The notes under the pieces were generated by a model. That model searched no databases and had not been told where the DNA came from. It saw only the letters and a list, made by a program, of their open reading frames with translations. Shown here piece by piece: positions 1 through 11,342 of a DNA stretch of 64,000 nucleotides. The translations under genes were made by a program, and so were the position numbers. Numbering within the stretch: position 1 is the first letter of the stretch; each line of letters begins with the position of its first letter. The stretch is from an uncultured Gemmatimonadaceae bacterium (GTDB lineage: Bacteria; Gemmatimonadota; Gemmatimonadetes; Gemmatimonadales; Gemmatimonadaceae). The stretch is from NCBI GenBank assembly GCA_963843845.1, contig CAWJMB010000002.1:1952001-2016000 (forward strand), written 5' to 3'.

Positions 1-2
1 GC

Positions 3-371
3 AAGCAATGGGAGGCGGCGCGAAACCTCTACTTCCTCGATCCGAACGCCCCCCCGCCACCGAACGATCCGCGCTACCAGCAGGCGATCCGGCGCTACGA
101 TTCGACCGCCGTGCGTGATGCGTTCCGGTGGAGTTGGCGGGATCAGCAGCTATTCTGGGACGTCTACCGGAGCGAGGTCGCAGCGAAGAATCGGGCGACA
201 CGCCGCATGAACACGGCGCGCGGGCTCATCCTCGCCACGCATCTCGTCAGCTCGATCGACGCCGTCGGATCGGTCCGCCTCCGGCGGACGATCGGCCCGC
301 GTGGCGAAGCGCGGATCGAGGCGGCCGTGCCGTGGGAACCGTTCGGCCTCGGACCGCGCTGGCCGCGGTGA
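3..371 (+). CDS. Hypothetical protein, 5'-truncated at window edge
   Basis: Open frame from position 3 (KQWEAARNLYFLDP...) continuous with ORF 111..371; codon usage like neighbours; no recognisable motif. Confidence 0.6.
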   Translation, partial: KQWEAARNLYFLDPNAPPPPNDPRYQQAIRRYDSTAVRDAFRWSWRDQQLFWDVYRSEVAAKNRATRRMNTARGLILATHLVSSIDAVGSVRLRRTIGPRGEARIEAAVPWEPFGLGPRWPR

Positions 372-509
372 ACCGTGCGCCTGACGCCAGCGTTTCGGGG
401 GAGGGCGGACGTTCGTCTGCTGGTACACCCCGCGTGATCGCTCTCACCCGCTCGCCAGCTTTCCCCTCTCCATGATCTCGTCGGCGTCAGCGGCTGGGAG
501 ACCCGTCCG

Positions 510-1539
510 ATGAGTGACGTCGGATGGGCGCGGACGACGGTGGGCACAGGTCCGCCGAGCGTCGTCGTGTTTCAGGGCGTCGAGCGCGCACTGCCGGATG
601 TCGTGAGGCGATGGGTCGCGTCGCTCGACGCTCGAGTCGAGCGCGTCACGACTGACGACGGCTTGATGGCACTGGTGATGCGCGGTCGTCCGCTGGTGGT
701 CCTCGTCGACGCACGCGGCGCGGCCCACGGCGAGTTCGCGGGAGCGGTCGCAGCGATCGGGCGGACCAAGGCGGACGCGTTCACCGGCGTCATTCCGCTC
801 GCCGCGATCACCGACAGCGCCGAGCGAACGGCTGTGCTGCTGAACGCGGGGGCCGACGAGGCGGTCGCGACGTCGGCATCGGAAGCAGAGTGGGAGGCGC
901 GACTCGGAGCGTTGATGCGCCGATCGACCCGCGACATGGGCGTGCATCCGACCACGCGGCTCCCGGGCACGACGGAGATCGAGGCACGCCTCGAGCGGTG
1001 CATCGCGGCCGGCGTATCGTTCGCGACGTGCTACGCGGACCTGGATCACTTCAAAGAGTTCAACGATCGCTACGGCTACAACGAAGGCGACCGGGTGATT
1101 CGCATGGTCGCGCTCATCCTGCACGACGTCGTCGCCGGCGCGACCGGCGAGGGGGGCTTCGTCGGTCACATCGGCGGAGACGATTTCATCTTCATCGTAC
1201 CGCTCGACGTGATGCCGACCGTGTGCGAGCTGGTCGTCGAGACGTTCGAGCTCGCTCGTGCCGTACCAGTACAGCGAGGCCGACCGGCGCGCCGGTTACT
1301 ATTTCGGCAAGGACCGTCGGGGCATGTTGCACCGCGTGCCGCTGATGAGCCTGTCCATCGGCGTGGTGACGAACGAGCGGCGCGCGTTCACTCGAGCGTC
1401 GCAAGTCAGCGCCCTCGCGTCCGAGATGAAGAGTTATGCGAAGGCGCAGACCGGTTCCGGGTATTCGGTCGATCGCCGCAACGAGCCACCGCCTGACCCG
1501 CCGCGCGACGCGAGCCGCCGCGCCGAGGAGCGCACGTGA
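510..1539 (+). CDS. Diguanylate cyclase-like protein (degenerate receiver domain + GGDEF), one frameshift near 1255
   Basis: HPTTRLPG, DLDHFKEFNDRYGYNEGD and HIGGDDF motifs in ORF 510..1496; C-terminus (PLMSLSIGVV...EMKSYAK) continues in ORF 1258..1539. Confidence 0.85.
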
Positions 1540-2196
1540 ACGTTCGCTGTCCGGAGTGCGAGAGCGTGTTCCGCGTCGACCCGGCGAAGGTGCCGTCGCG
1601 CGGCGTGCGCGCACGCTGCTCGGTGTGCGGGGCCGTCGTCACCGTCGCGAGCACGCCGACCGCCTCGCTGTGGGCCTCCCCCGACAACGTGCCGGCGGCG
1701 CGGTACACGCCGCCGCCCGCCGCCGCACAGCCCGAGTCGTCGCCGGCTGAGGAGATCGCGCGGCAGCCGGCGGCTGTGAGCCGTCCCCGCCCGAGTCGGC
1801 GGCGCCTCCCACGCTCCCCGCGCCTTCCGAGCCACGCACGCCGCCGCGTCCCCCTCGGTGCCGGTGCCCTCCGCGCCGCCGGCGCCCCCGCGCCGTCCGC
1901 GCCCTCGCGCCGCCGGCCCGCCGCGCGTGCGTCCGGTGAACCCGTATCTCGCGAACGACCCGGCGCAGAAGGCGCGGCGGCTGGCGCGCGCGCTCGTGTC
2001 GGACCTCGTGGCGTACCACCCGCAGCGCCGCGAGGAAGGGCTGCGCAACGGCGCGCTCAAGGAGCTGTTTCGTGACGAGATCCGGAAGAGCTACGAGGAA
2101 TACGTCGAGCAGGTCGGCAGCGCGCTCGCCGGATCGACGCCGTACTTCCGTGACGCGCTCAACGACGTCCTCGCCGGGGGCGGCAAGGTGTTCTAG
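1536..2196 (+). CDS. MJ0042-type zinc-ribbon protein with Pro/Ala linker and helical C-terminal domain, frameshift in linker
   Basis: N-terminal CPECESVFRVDPAKVPSRGVRARCSVC (CxxC...CxxC); C-terminal domain in ORF 1858..2196; GTGA overlap with upstream stop. Confidence 0.8.
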
Positions 2197-2256
2197 CGGC
2201 GGCCGCGCGCGTGCCCGGGACGCGCTATATTTTCGCAGCGCGACTCGCGCTGACGA

Positions 2257-2300
2257 GAAGCGGGCCGCTCCCTACGGGGACGCGGCCCGCTTCGTTCTTC
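2257..2300 (+). terminator. Terminator-like hairpin upstream of prfB
   Basis: GAAGCGGGCCGC-TCCC-TACG-GGGA-(C)-GCGGCCCGCTTC stem with UACG loop, followed by GTTCTTC. Confidence 0.55.
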
Positions 2301-2348
2301 GGCAACGCGGTCCGACGTCGCTCACTCAACGTACCGCGGAGATCGACG

Positions 2349-3478
2349 ATGGCAGATCACGACACGACGCGACAGCTCGAACAGCAGTCGGAGCGGGTTG
2401 CCGAACTGCGGAGGTATCTTTGACGTCGACGGCCGGCGGGAGCGACTGGAGCGACTCGACGCGCAGATGAGCGAGCCTGGCTTCTGGGAACGTCAGGAGC
2501 GGGCGCAGGAGGTCGTGCAGCAGGTGAAGGAGCTGCGCGGCTGGATCGAGCCGTACGACGCCGTCGATCAGCGCGTGCATGGCGCGCAGCGAGCTGCATG
2601 GAGCTGCTCGATGCGGAGCCCGACGCCGACATGTCGGCGGATCTCGTGCGCGAGATCGACGCGATCGAGGAGACGCTGTCGAGCGTTCGAGCTGCGGTCG
2701 CTCCTACAGGGGCCGGACGACTTCCGAGACGCGCAGGTCGAGATCAGCGCCGGCGCCGGTGGGACGGAGGCGCAGGACTGGGCGCAGATGCTCATGCGCA
2801 TGTACACGCGATGGGCCGAGCGACGCGGATTCGAGATCGAGATCCTCGATCTGTCCGAGGGCGAGGAGGCAGGGATCAAGGGCGCCGTGCTCGAGATCCG
2901 CGGCCACTACGCGTTCGGATTCCTTCGCGCCGAGACGGGGGTGCACCGCCTCGTGCGCATCTCGCCGTTCGACGCGCAACGCACGGCGCCACACGAGCTT
3001 CGCCTCGATCTTCGTCTATCCGGTCGTGAACGAGGAGATCAACATCGAGATCCGCGAGGAGGACATCAAGATGGATGTCTTCCGAGCGTCAGGCGCCGGC
3101 GGGCAGCACGTCAACAAGACCAGCTCGGCGGTCCGCCTCACGCACATCCCGAGCGGCGTGGTCGTGTCGTCGCAACAGGAGCGGTCGCAGTTCAAGAACC
3201 GCGCGACCGCGATGAAGATGCTCAAGAACAAGCTCTACAACATCGAGCTGGAGAAGCAGCTCGCCGCGAAAGATGCGCTGAACGCGACGAAGGACGCCGT
3301 CAGCTTCGGGAGCCAGATCCGGAGCTACGTCTTCCAGCCGTACACGATGGTGAACGATCATCGAACGGAGCTCAAGATTCCTGACGTGCAGAAGGTGATG
3401 GACGGCGCGATCGACCCGTTCGTCGAAGCGTATCTGAAGGCGTTCGGTGCCGGCGCGCGACGGGAGCCTGCGTCGTGA
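2349..3478 (+). CDS. prfB: Peptide chain release factor 2 (programmed +1 frameshift plus about 3 probable sequencing indels)
   Basis: [22 protein letters not shown] (SPF), [12 protein letters not shown] (GGQ), [16 protein letters not shown] 2349, slippery CTT TGA C at 2418-2424. Confidence 0.95.
2410..2424 (+). promoter_or_regulatory. prfB autoregulatory +1 ribosomal frameshift site
   Basis: GGAGG TAT CTT TGA C: internal SD, 3-nt spacer, CUU-UGA-C, the canonical prfB signal. Confidence 0.95.
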
Positions 3479-5019
3479 GCGAGCGCGACGAAGTGACCGG
3501 GGAAGAGCTGAGTCAGCTCTTGCGCGCGCGGCGCGACAAGCTGCACGCACTCATCGAACGGGGCGTCGAACCGTTCGCGTATCGCTTCGATCGCACGCAC
3601 ACCACGGTGGCGGCGATCAGCGACTTCGAAGCGCGCGAGGAGTCGACGGCGGTCGAGGCGAGAGGCGACGTCGAGGGGCCTGCGGCGCGTATCGCCGGCC
3701 GGCTGACGTCGTGGCGGTCCCAGGGGAAGACGGCGTTCGCACACCTCGCCGACGGCGCCGGCCGCGTCCAGTTGTACTTCCGCCGAGACGTCGTCGGAGA
3801 CGACGTGTTCGATCTGCTGCGCCAGCTCGTCGACATCGGTGACGTCGTCGGCCTGGACGGAACGATGTTCCGCACGCGCATGGGCGAGGTGACGCTGCGC
3901 GTGGAGCGCGTCGAACTGCTCGCCAAATCGCTGCGGCCGCTGCCGTTCGCGAAAGAGCAGACGGTCGACGGCGCGACGGTGCGCTACTCGGCGTTCAGCG
4001 ACGACGAACAGCGGTACCGGCAACGCTATGCGGATCTCGCCGTGCATCCCGAGGTGCGTGCGTCGTTCGTCGGACGGGCGCGCATGGTGACGGCGATCCG
4101 CGCGTATCTCGACGGGCTCGACTACGTCGAGGTCGAGACGCCGGTGCTGCAGCCGCTCTACGGCGGCGCCGCGGCGCGGCCCTTCACGACGCATCACAAT
4201 GCCCTCGACATGCCGCTCTTCCTGCGCATCGCGGACGAGCTGTATCTGAAGCGACTGATCGTCGGGGGCTTCGAGCGCGTGTACGAGATCGGGCACGACT
4301 TCCGGAACGAGGGGATCGATCGGACGCACAACCCCGAGTTCACGATGCTGGAGTTCTACGAGGCGTACGCCGATTACACCGTGATGATGGAGCGCGTCGA
4401 GCGGCTCATCGCGCGTGCGGCGGACGCGCTGCGTACGGTACCGACGCTGGTGGACCGCGTGCCGGCGCTGACACCGCCGTTTCCACGCATCGAGTGGGTG
4501 GGGTCGCTCAATCGCGCGTTCGGGAGCGACGTACTCGCACTCGACGACTCCGCCCTGCGGAACGCGGCCGCGCGAATCGGGGTTGAGAAGGTGGCGACGC
4601 TCAGCCGGCCGAAAGTGCTCGACGAGATGTTCCAGGCGCTCGTGGAGCGGACGATCGACACGCCGACCTTCGTCGTGGACTACCCGGTCGAGCTATCGCC
4701 GCTCGCGAAGCCGAAGCGCGGCGATCCGACGCTGACCGAGCGGTTCGAGCTGTTCGCGCGGGGGAGGGAGCTGGCGAACGCGTTCAGCGAGTTGAACGAT
4801 CCGATCGACCAGCGTCGGCGGTTCGAGGCGCAGGCGCGGCTCAAGGCGGCGGGGGACGACGAGGCGGTCGACGTCGACGAGGACTATCTGCGGGCGATGG
4901 AGTACGGGATGCCGCCGACGGGCGGCGTCGGGATCGGCATCGATCGGCTGTTCATGTACCTGACGGACACGGCGCACATCCGCGACGCGATCCTCTTTCC
5001 GCTCATGCGACCGGAGTGA
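3475..5019 (+). CDS. lysS: Lysine--tRNA ligase (class II)
   Basis: [71 protein letters not shown]. Confidence 0.97.
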   Translation: MSERDEVTGEELSQLLRARRDKLHALIERGVEPFAYRFDRTHTTVAAISDFEAREESTAVEARGDVEGPAARIAGRLTSWRSQGKTAFAHLADGAGRVQLYFRRDVVGDDVFDLLRQLVDIGDVVGLDGTMFRTRMGEVTLRVERVELLAKSLRPLPFAKEQTVDGATVRYSAFSDDEQRYRQRYADLAVHPEVRASFVGRARMVTAIRAYLDGLDYVEVETPVLQPLYGGAAARPFTTHHNALDMPLFLRIADELYLKRLIVGGFERVYEIGHDFRNEGIDRTHNPEFTMLEFYEAYADYTVMMERVERLIARAADALRTVPTLVDRVPALTPPFPRIEWVGSLNRAFGSDVLALDDSALRNAAARIGVEKVATLSRPKVLDEMFQALVERTIDTPTFVVDYPVELSPLAKPKRGDPTLTERFELFARGRELANAFSELNDPIDQRRRFEAQARLKAAGDDEAVDVDEDYLRAMEYGMPPTGGVGIGIDRLFMYLTDTAHIRDAILFPLMRPE

Positions 5020-5020
5020 C

Positions 5021-6331
5021 GTGGGCGTCGGCCTCTCGCCGTTAGGCACGCTGTCGTCGCGGGACCGAGCGCGCGAGCTGACGCGTCTCGAGCTCGCGAT
5101 CGCGTGGCGCTACCTCCGCAGCCGGCGCGGGTCGAGGTTGCTGTCGCTCATCTCGTTCATCGCGATCGGCGGCGTCATCGTCGGAGTCAGCGCGCTCATT
5201 CTCATCATGGGCGTGATGAACGGGCTGCAGCGCGATCTGCGCGACAAGATCCTCGTCGGGAGTCCGGACGTGCGCGTCGTGACGTACGGCGACAACCTCG
5301 TCATCAACGATTGGCGGGCGGCTCTCGCGCGTGTCCGGCGGTTTCCCGGAGTGACGGCCGCTGCGCCGGTCGTGCTGACACAGGCCATCGTGCGCAAGGA
5401 GAACGGCCTGTTCACGACGGGCGCGCAGATCGTCGGGCTGGAGCCGCAGGGCCCGGGCGTCGTCGACGTGACGTCGATCCGACAGCACGCGGTACTCGGC
5501 GACTTCCGCTTCGCGACGTCGGACCGAACGCACCGCGGGGTCGTGCTCGGTAAACGCCTCGCGGAGCAGCTCGGCTCGTGGCCGGGTGAGAAGGTCACCT
5601 TCGTCACCTCCGCCGGCGGCACGCTGAATCCCATCACCGGGATGCCGACCCCCGTGTTCCGCACGTTCGAGGTGACGGGCATCGTGGAGACGGGCATGTA
5701 CGAGTACGACAACACGTACGCCTACGTCGCGATGGACCACGCGCAGGAGCTCGCCGGGCTCGGTGGCGCCGTCAGCGCGCTCGAGCTCCGCACGCGCGAT
5801 CGGTGGGACGCGGATCGTGTCGCGGCCGCGCTGAACGACTCGTTGGGCTTTCCCTACCTCGCGAAGGACTGGCAGGAGCAGAACAGCTCGCTCTTCCAGG
5901 CGCTGAAGCTCGAGAAGCTCGGGATGAGCGTCATCCTGCTGCTCGTGGTGCTCGTCGCGGCGTTCAACATCGTGAGCACGCTGACGATGGTGGTGACCGA
6001 CAAGACGCGCGAGATCGGGATCCTGAAAGCGATGGGGATGCCGGCGCGGAGTGTCCGGCAGATCTTCCTGCTCCAAGGGCTCGTCATCGGCATCGTCGGC
6101 ACACTCGGCGGCGTACTGATCGGGCTGGCCGCATCGCTGGCCCTGGGCAAGTACCGGCTCATCAAGCTCGACCCGTCGGTGTATTTCATCGATCATCTCC
6201 CGGTCGCGACGCAGGTGAGCGACGTCGCGCTGACGATCGCGCTCAGCGTCGGGATCGCCGCGCTCGCGACGCTGTACCCCGCGGTGCAGGCGGCGAAGCT
6301 GTATCCGATCGAGGCGATCCGACATGACTGA
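5021..6331 (+). CDS. lolE: Lipoprotein-releasing ABC transporter permease LolC/E
   Basis: IAWRYLRSRR...GVSALILIMGVMNG, DWQEQNSSLFQALKLEK, VAAFNIVSTLTMVVTDKTREIGILKAMG; start uncertain. Confidence 0.9.
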   Translation: MGVGLSPLGTLSSRDRARELTRLELAIAWRYLRSRRGSRLLSLISFIAIGGVIVGVSALILIMGVMNGLQRDLRDKILVGSPDVRVVTYGDNLVINDWRAALARVRRFPGVTAAAPVVLTQAIVRKENGLFTTGAQIVGLEPQGPGVVDVTSIRQHAVLGDFRFATSDRTHRGVVLGKRLAEQLGSWPGEKVTFVTSAGGTLNPITGMPTPVFRTFEVTGIVETGMYEYDNTYAYVAMDHAQELAGLGGAVSALELRTRDRWDADRVAAALNDSLGFPYLAKDWQEQNSSLFQALKLEKLGMSVILLLVVLVAAFNIVSTLTMVVTDKTREIGILKAMGMPARSVRQIFLLQGLVIGIVGTLGGVLIGLAASLALGKYRLIKLDPSVYFIDHLPVATQVSDVALTIALSVGIAALATLYPAVQAAKLYPIEAIRHD

Positions 6332-7031
6332 CGCGCCCGTGCTCGAGGCGATCGACGTCGTCAAGGAGTTCCGGGGCGGCGACGGGTCGCTGCTGCGGGT
6401 GCTCGACGGCACGAACCTCAGCGTCGAACGTGGCGAGATGGTCGCCGTCGTCGGTGCCAGCGGTGCCGGGAAGAGCACGTTGCTGCATGTGCTGGGCGCG
6501 CTCGAGCAGCCGACGTCGGGCGACGTGCGACTCTCCGGCACATCGATCGCGGGGCGCCGAGACGACGAGCTGGCGGCGATCCGGAACCGCACGGTCGGCT
6601 TCGTGTTTCAGTTCCATCACCTGCTGCGCGAGTTCAGCGCCCTCGAGAACGTGGCGATCCCGCTACGCATCGCCGGCGTCGGTGCGAACGACGCGCGCGA
6701 CCGCGCGGCGACGCGGCTGGCGCAGGTCGGGCTCGCGCCTCGCAGCGGTCATCGTCCGGGACAGCTGTCGGGCGGCGAGCAGCAGCGGGTCGCCGTCGCG
6801 CGCGCGCTCGCGGCGGAGCCGACGATCTTGCTCGCCGACGAGCCGTCGGGCAATCTGGATCATGCGAACGCCGAGCGGTTGCACGACTTGCTGGCACAGC
6901 TTGCTGGCGAGCTATCGCTCGGTGTCGTCGTCGTGACGCACAACCTGTCGCTCGCACGTCGGGCGGATCGCTCGCTCGTCCTCGAGGACGGGCATCTGAA
7001 CGCGGCCGACGTGAGCGAGGTCCTGAATTGA
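6324..7031 (+). CDS. lolD: Lipoprotein-releasing ABC transporter ATPase
   Basis: [28 protein letters not shown] (LolD motif), [18 protein letters not shown]. Confidence 0.9.
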   Translation: MTDAPVLEAIDVVKEFRGGDGSLLRVLDGTNLSVERGEMVAVVGASGAGKSTLLHVLGALEQPTSGDVRLSGTSIAGRRDDELAAIRNRTVGFVFQFHHLLREFSALENVAIPLRIAGVGANDARDRAATRLAQVGLAPRSGHRPGQLSGGEQQRVAVARALAAEPTILLADEPSGNLDHANAERLHDLLAQLAGELSLGVVVVTHNLSLARRADRSLVLEDGHLNAADVSEVLN

Positions 7032-7070
7032 GCTGCGGTGGGCGAGTCGAGGGAGGGGGAGGGTCGTCGA

Positions 7071-7553
7071 ATGCTCTGTGAGAACTGTCGGGAGAACGAC
7101 GCCGTCGTGTATCTGACGAAGATCCAGGACAACGTCGTCACGCAGCAGAACCTGTGTGAGAAATGCGCGGCCGAGAAGGGCGTGGAAACGCCGTCGGCGA
7201 AGAAGAATCCCGTCAGCGATTTCCTGCAGGCAGTGCAGCAGAAGACGCTCGTGACGGGCGACGACGCGACGTGCCACTTCTGTCAGTCGACGTCGCGCGA
7301 TTTCCAGAAGACCGGGCGCCTGGGCTGCGCACGCTGCTACACGACCTTCGATCGGTCGCTGCGGGATCTTCTGCGGCGGCTGCACGGTAGCGCACGCCAC
7401 ACGGGACGGCGCTACGAGCCGCCAGCATCGGAGCTGATCGAGCGCGCCGGCTCGGTGGCGCAGCTGCGCGAGCGGCTCCGGCGCGCGATCGACACGGAAC
7501 AGTTCGAGCTGGCCGCGGAGCTACGCGACCGGCTGCGCGTGGTGGACTCGTGA
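7071..7553 (+). CDS. mcsA: Protein-arginine kinase activator McsA
   Basis: Four CxxC motifs, GRLGCARCY, C-terminal UVR motif EQFELAAELRD; directly upstream of mcsB-clpC. Confidence 0.9.
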   Translation: MLCENCRENDAVVYLTKIQDNVVTQQNLCEKCAAEKGVETPSAKKNPVSDFLQAVQQKTLVTGDDATCHFCQSTSRDFQKTGRLGCARCYTTFDRSLRDLLRRLHGSARHTGRRYEPPASELIERAGSVAQLRERLRRAIDTEQFELAAELRDRLRVVDS

Positions 7554-8644
7554 GAGAGCGCACTGCAGCACTGGACCTCTCGCTGTTACCGGACGGCGGC
7601 GTGGCGTGGCTCGATGCGTCGGGAGATCACTCCGACGTCGTGCTGTCCACGCGAATCCGCCTCGCGCGGAACATCGAGGGCTACGCGTTCACCCCCCGCG
7701 CCCGCGACGGCGAGCGGCTGCGCGTGCTCTCGCAGATCCGCGAGGCCGTGCCTCAGGTGTCGAGCCTGCTCGGGAGCGTGCTCGTGCGCGTGGACGAGCT
7801 CACGACGGTCGACCGCCAGTTGCTTCACGAACGGCACCTCGTCAGCAAGGAGCTGGCGGGGCTCGAGGGCGCGCACGACGTGCGGACCGGCGCGGCGTTG
7901 CTCGTCGCCGAGCGCGTCAGCGTGATGGTGAACGAGGAAGACCATCTGCGCTTGCAGGCGCTGCGCTCCGGGCTCGCCGTGCACGAGGCGTACAAGGCGG
8001 CGTCGCAGCTCGACACCGAGCTGGGCGCACGGGTGCCGTACGCGTTTCACAGCGAGTTCGGCTTTCTCACCGCGTGTCCGACGAACACCGGCACGGGGAT
8101 GCGGGCGAGCGTCCTCATTCACCTGCCGGGGCTCGTGCTCACGAAGGAAATCTCGAAGGTGCTCGCCGGGCTGCAGCAGATGGGGCTGACCTATCGCGGC
8201 TTGTACGGCGAGGGGTCCGAGGTGGTCGGCAACTTCTTCCAGATCTCGAACCAGACGACGCTCGGTCGTCCGGAGGAGGAGCTGATCGACGACCTCACCA
8301 AGGTGGTCCAGAAAGTGATAGAGCGGGAGGAAGAGGCGCGGCGCGTCCTGTTACGCGACGCGGGCTATATTATCGAAGACAAGTTGTGGCGGGCCTACGG
8401 AACGCTGCGGTTCGCCCGGTCGCTCGGCCTCGAAGAGGCGATGAACCTTCTGAGCGGTGTGCGGCTCGCGGCCGGGCTGAAACTGATCAGTGGGCTCCGT
8501 GTATACACTCTCAACAAGCTCCTGATCTTCTGTCAGTCGGCGCACCTCGCACATGCGGAGGGGCACGCGCTCTCTGAGGCAGAGGCCTCTCAGGCCCGTG
8601 CTCGGTACGTGCGAGACGCGTTGGCGAGCGAAACGGGCGCGTAG
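7550..8644 (+). CDS. mcsB: Protein-arginine kinase McsB
   Basis: LSTRIRLARN, VMVNEEDHLRLQ, GFLTACPTNTGTGMRASV, QISNQTTLG. Confidence 0.95.
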   Translation: MRERTAALDLSLLPDGGVAWLDASGDHSDVVLSTRIRLARNIEGYAFTPRARDGERLRVLSQIREAVPQVSSLLGSVLVRVDELTTVDRQLLHERHLVSKELAGLEGAHDVRTGAALLVAERVSVMVNEEDHLRLQALRSGLAVHEAYKAASQLDTELGARVPYAFHSEFGFLTACPTNTGTGMRASVLIHLPGLVLTKEISKVLAGLQQMGLTYRGLYGEGSEVVGNFFQISNQTTLGRPEEELIDDLTKVVQKVIEREEEARRVLLRDAGYIIEDKLWRAYGTLRFARSLGLEEAMNLLSGVRLAAGLKLISGLRVYTLNKLLIFCQSAHLAHAEGHALSEAEASQARARYVRDALASETGA

Positions 8645-8674
8645 GGCCGCGTCAGGCCCGACCACGAGGGACAC

Positions 8675-11176
8675 ATGAACGGCTACAACTTCACCGAACG
8701 GGTGAGGAAAGTCCTCGCGATGGCTCGCGAGGAAGCCGCGCGGCTCCACCACGAGTACGTGGGCACGGAGCACATTCTGCTCGGCCTCATCCGTGAGGGT
8801 GAGGGCGTGGCGGCCGCGGTGCTGCAGAATCTCTCTGTCGACCTCGAGGAGATTCAGCAAAAGATCGAAGAGACGGTGAAGAAGGGGAAAGCGGCGCAGA
8901 CGACCGGTCCCGATCTTCCCTATACCTCGCGTGCGAAGAAGGTCCTCGAGTTGGCGATGGCCGAGGCTCGCGAGCTGAACCACAGCTATGTCGGGACCGA
9001 GCACCTGTTGCTCGGACTCCTGCGCGAGGAGAAGGGGATCGCCGCGCAGGTGCTGACCGACACGGGCGTGAACCTCGAGGCGGCGCGTGCGGAGACGCTG
9101 CGCCTGCTCGGGAACGAGGCGCCCCAGGCACAGGCCGGCGGCGCGGCGGACAAGGGCGGCTCGACGCCGCAGACGCCGCCGTCGAAGGGGGAGAAGAAGT
9201 CGAAGACCCCCGCGCTCGACCACTTCTGCCGCGACCTCACGTCACTCGCCGCCGAAGGGCAGCTCGATCCGACGATCGGGCGGGCGAAGGAGATCGAGCG
9301 CGTCATGGAGGTGCTGACGCGGCGCAAGAAGAACAATCCGGTGCTCATCGGCGAGCCCGGCGTCGGCAAGACGGCGATCGTCGAGGGACTCGCGCAGCTC
9401 ATCGCGAACGGCGAGTGCCCGGATTCGCTGCGCGACCACCGCGTGCTGTCGCTCGACATGGCAGCGGTCATCGCGGGGACCAAGTACCGCGGGCAGTTCG
9501 AAGAGCGGCTCAAGGCCGTGATGAACGAGATCGCGCAGAACAAGCAGATCATCCTCTTCATCGACGAACTGCACACGCTCGTGGGCGCGGGCGCCGCGGA
9601 GGGAGCGATCGACGCGAGCAACATGCTGAAGCCGGCGCTCGCGCGCGGGGAGCTGCAGTGTGTCGGTGCGTCGACCTTGAACGAGTACCGCAAGTACATC
9701 GAGAAGGACGGGGCACTCGAGCGGCGCTTTCAGACGGTCATCGTCGACCCGCCGTCGGTCGACGAGACGGTCGAGATTCTCAAAGGGCTGCGGAAGAAGT
9801 ACGAGGATCATCACCGCGTGACGATCCCCGACTCGACCCTCTGGTCGGCGGCGAAGCTCTCGGAGCGCTACATCACCGACCGCTTCCTTCCGGACAAGGC
9901 GATCGACGTCATCGACGAGGCCGGCGCACGCTCCCGGCTCGCGTCGCAGGCGCCGCCGCCGGAAGTCGCAGCGCTGAAGGAGGGACTGGACGCCGTGAAC
10001 GCGGAGAAGGAAGCCGCGGTGCGCGACCAGAACTTCGAGAAGGCGGCGTCGTTGCGCGACAAGGAGCGCGAGCTGCAGGGCGAGATCCGCAAGAAGCAGG
10101 AGGAGTGGGAGCAGCGCCGCCAGTCGCACCGCCCCGTGTTGGGCGAGGACGAGATCGCGTTCATCGTGTCGCGCTGGACAGGCGTGCCCGTGACGCGCCT
10201 GCAGGAGGCCGAGACGGCGCGGCTGCTCAGCATGGAAGAGGAGCTGCACAAGACCGTCGTGGGGCAGGACGAGGCGATCAAGGCGCTCAGCCGGTCGATT
10301 CGCCGGAGCCGCGCGGGGCTGAAGGATCCGAAGCGGCCGATCGGGACGTTCATCTTCTCCGGACCGACGGGCGTCGGGAAGACCGAGCTGGCGCGCGCGC
10401 TCGCGAAGTTCCTGTTCGCCGACGAGAGTGCGCTGATCCGGGTCGACATGAGTGAGTACATGGAGAAGTTCTCCGTGTCCCGGCTCATCGGCGCGCCGCC
10501 GGGCTATGTCGGCTACGAAGACTCCGGAACGCTCACGAAGGCGGTGCGGCGCAAGCCGTACAGCGTCGTGCTGCTCGACGAGATCGAGAAGGCGCACCCG
10601 GACGTGTTCAACATCCTGCTCCAGGTCCTCGACGAAGGGCACCTGACCGACAACTACGGGCGCATGATCGACTTCAAGAACACCGTCGTCATCATGACCT
10701 CCAACGTGGGCGCGAAGGACATCACGAAGAACCGCGCGCTCGGCTTCACGGCGAGCACGTCGCAGGCGAACTTCGACCGGATGCAGGAGAAGGTGAAGGA
10801 AGAGATGGGACGGGTCTTCAATCCCGAATTCCTGAACCGCCTCGACGACGTGATCGTGTTCCACTCGCTGTCGAAGGAGCAGATCGGATCCATCGTCGGC
10901 ATCCTGCTTCGCGACGTACAGAAGCGGCTCGGCGAGGAAGAGATCTCGCTCCGACTCACGGACGCAGCGAGCGAGTTCCTGGTGACGAAGGGGTATGACG
11001 AGGCGTACGGCGCCCGTCCGCTGAAGCGGTCGATCCAGCGCTACATCGAGGATCCGCTCTCCGAGAAGATCTTGCTCGGTGAGTTCTCGAAGGGTGACGA
11101 GATCGAGGTCGACCTCGCGCCGGAGAAGGACAGGCTCGAATTCCGCGTCGCGGCGAACACGACGAAAGCCTCGTAG
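8675..11176 (+). CDS. clpC: ATP-dependent Clp protease ATPase subunit ClpC
   Basis: Double Clp-N repeats, GEPGVGKT and GPTGVGKT Walker A, UVR middle domain, LGF ClpP-docking loop. Confidence 0.95.
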   Translation: MNGYNFTERVRKVLAMAREEAARLHHEYVGTEHILLGLIREGEGVAAAVLQNLSVDLEEIQQKIEETVKKGKAAQTTGPDLPYTSRAKKVLELAMAEARELNHSYVGTEHLLLGLLREEKGIAAQVLTDTGVNLEAARAETLRLLGNEAPQAQAGGAADKGGSTPQTPPSKGEKKSKTPALDHFCRDLTSLAAEGQLDPTIGRAKEIERVMEVLTRRKKNNPVLIGEPGVGKTAIVEGLAQLIANGECPDSLRDHRVLSLDMAAVIAGTKYRGQFEERLKAVMNEIAQNKQIILFIDELHTLVGAGAAEGAIDASNMLKPALARGELQCVGASTLNEYRKYIEKDGALERRFQTVIVDPPSVDETVEILKGLRKKYEDHHRVTIPDSTLWSAAKLSERYITDRFLPDKAIDVIDEAGARSRLASQAPPPEVAALKEGLDAVNAEKEAAVRDQNFEKAASLRDKERELQGEIRKKQEEWEQRRQSHRPVLGEDEIAFIVSRWTGVPVTRLQEAETARLLSMEEELHKTVVGQDEAIKALSRSIRRSRAGLKDPKRPIGTFIFSGPTGVGKTELARALAKFLFADESALIRVDMSEYMEKFSVSRLIGAPPGYVGYEDSGTLTKAVRRKPYSVVLLDEIEKAHPDVFNILLQVLDEGHLTDNYGRMIDFKNTVVIMTSNVGAKDITKNRALGFTASTSQANFDRMQEKVKEEMGRVFNPEFLNRLDDVIVFHSLSKEQIGSIVGILLRDVQKRLGEEEISLRLTDAASEFLVTKGYDEAYGARPLKRSIQRYIEDPLSEKILLGEFSKGDEIEVDLAPEKDRLEFRVAANTTKAS

Positions 11177-11195
11177 CGCGACTCGGCTCTCCGAA

Positions 11196-11235
11196 AAAAT
11201 CGGCGCCGGACGGGCAACCGTCCGGCGCCGATTTT
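11196..11235. terminator. Intrinsic, probably bidirectional terminator after clpC
   Basis: Perfect 18-bp inverted repeat AAAATCGGCGCCGGACGG / CCGTCCGGCGCCGATTTT with GCAA tetraloop. Confidence 0.85.
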
Positions 11236-11328
11236 CTGTCCCACGAAGTGATGCCGCCGGGCCTGAAAACGAGGAGGGCCGCAGCGCGAAAGTCGTTCGC
11301 GCGTGTGGACCTACGGGGTTCGGGGCCG

Positions 11329-11336
11329 TGTATATT
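11329..11336 (+). promoter_or_regulatory. Putative -10 element for bamA
   Basis: TATATT at 11331-11336 in a GC-rich background, 6 nt before the ATG at 11343; no SD. Confidence 0.45.
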
Positions 11337-11342
11337 CCGCCC

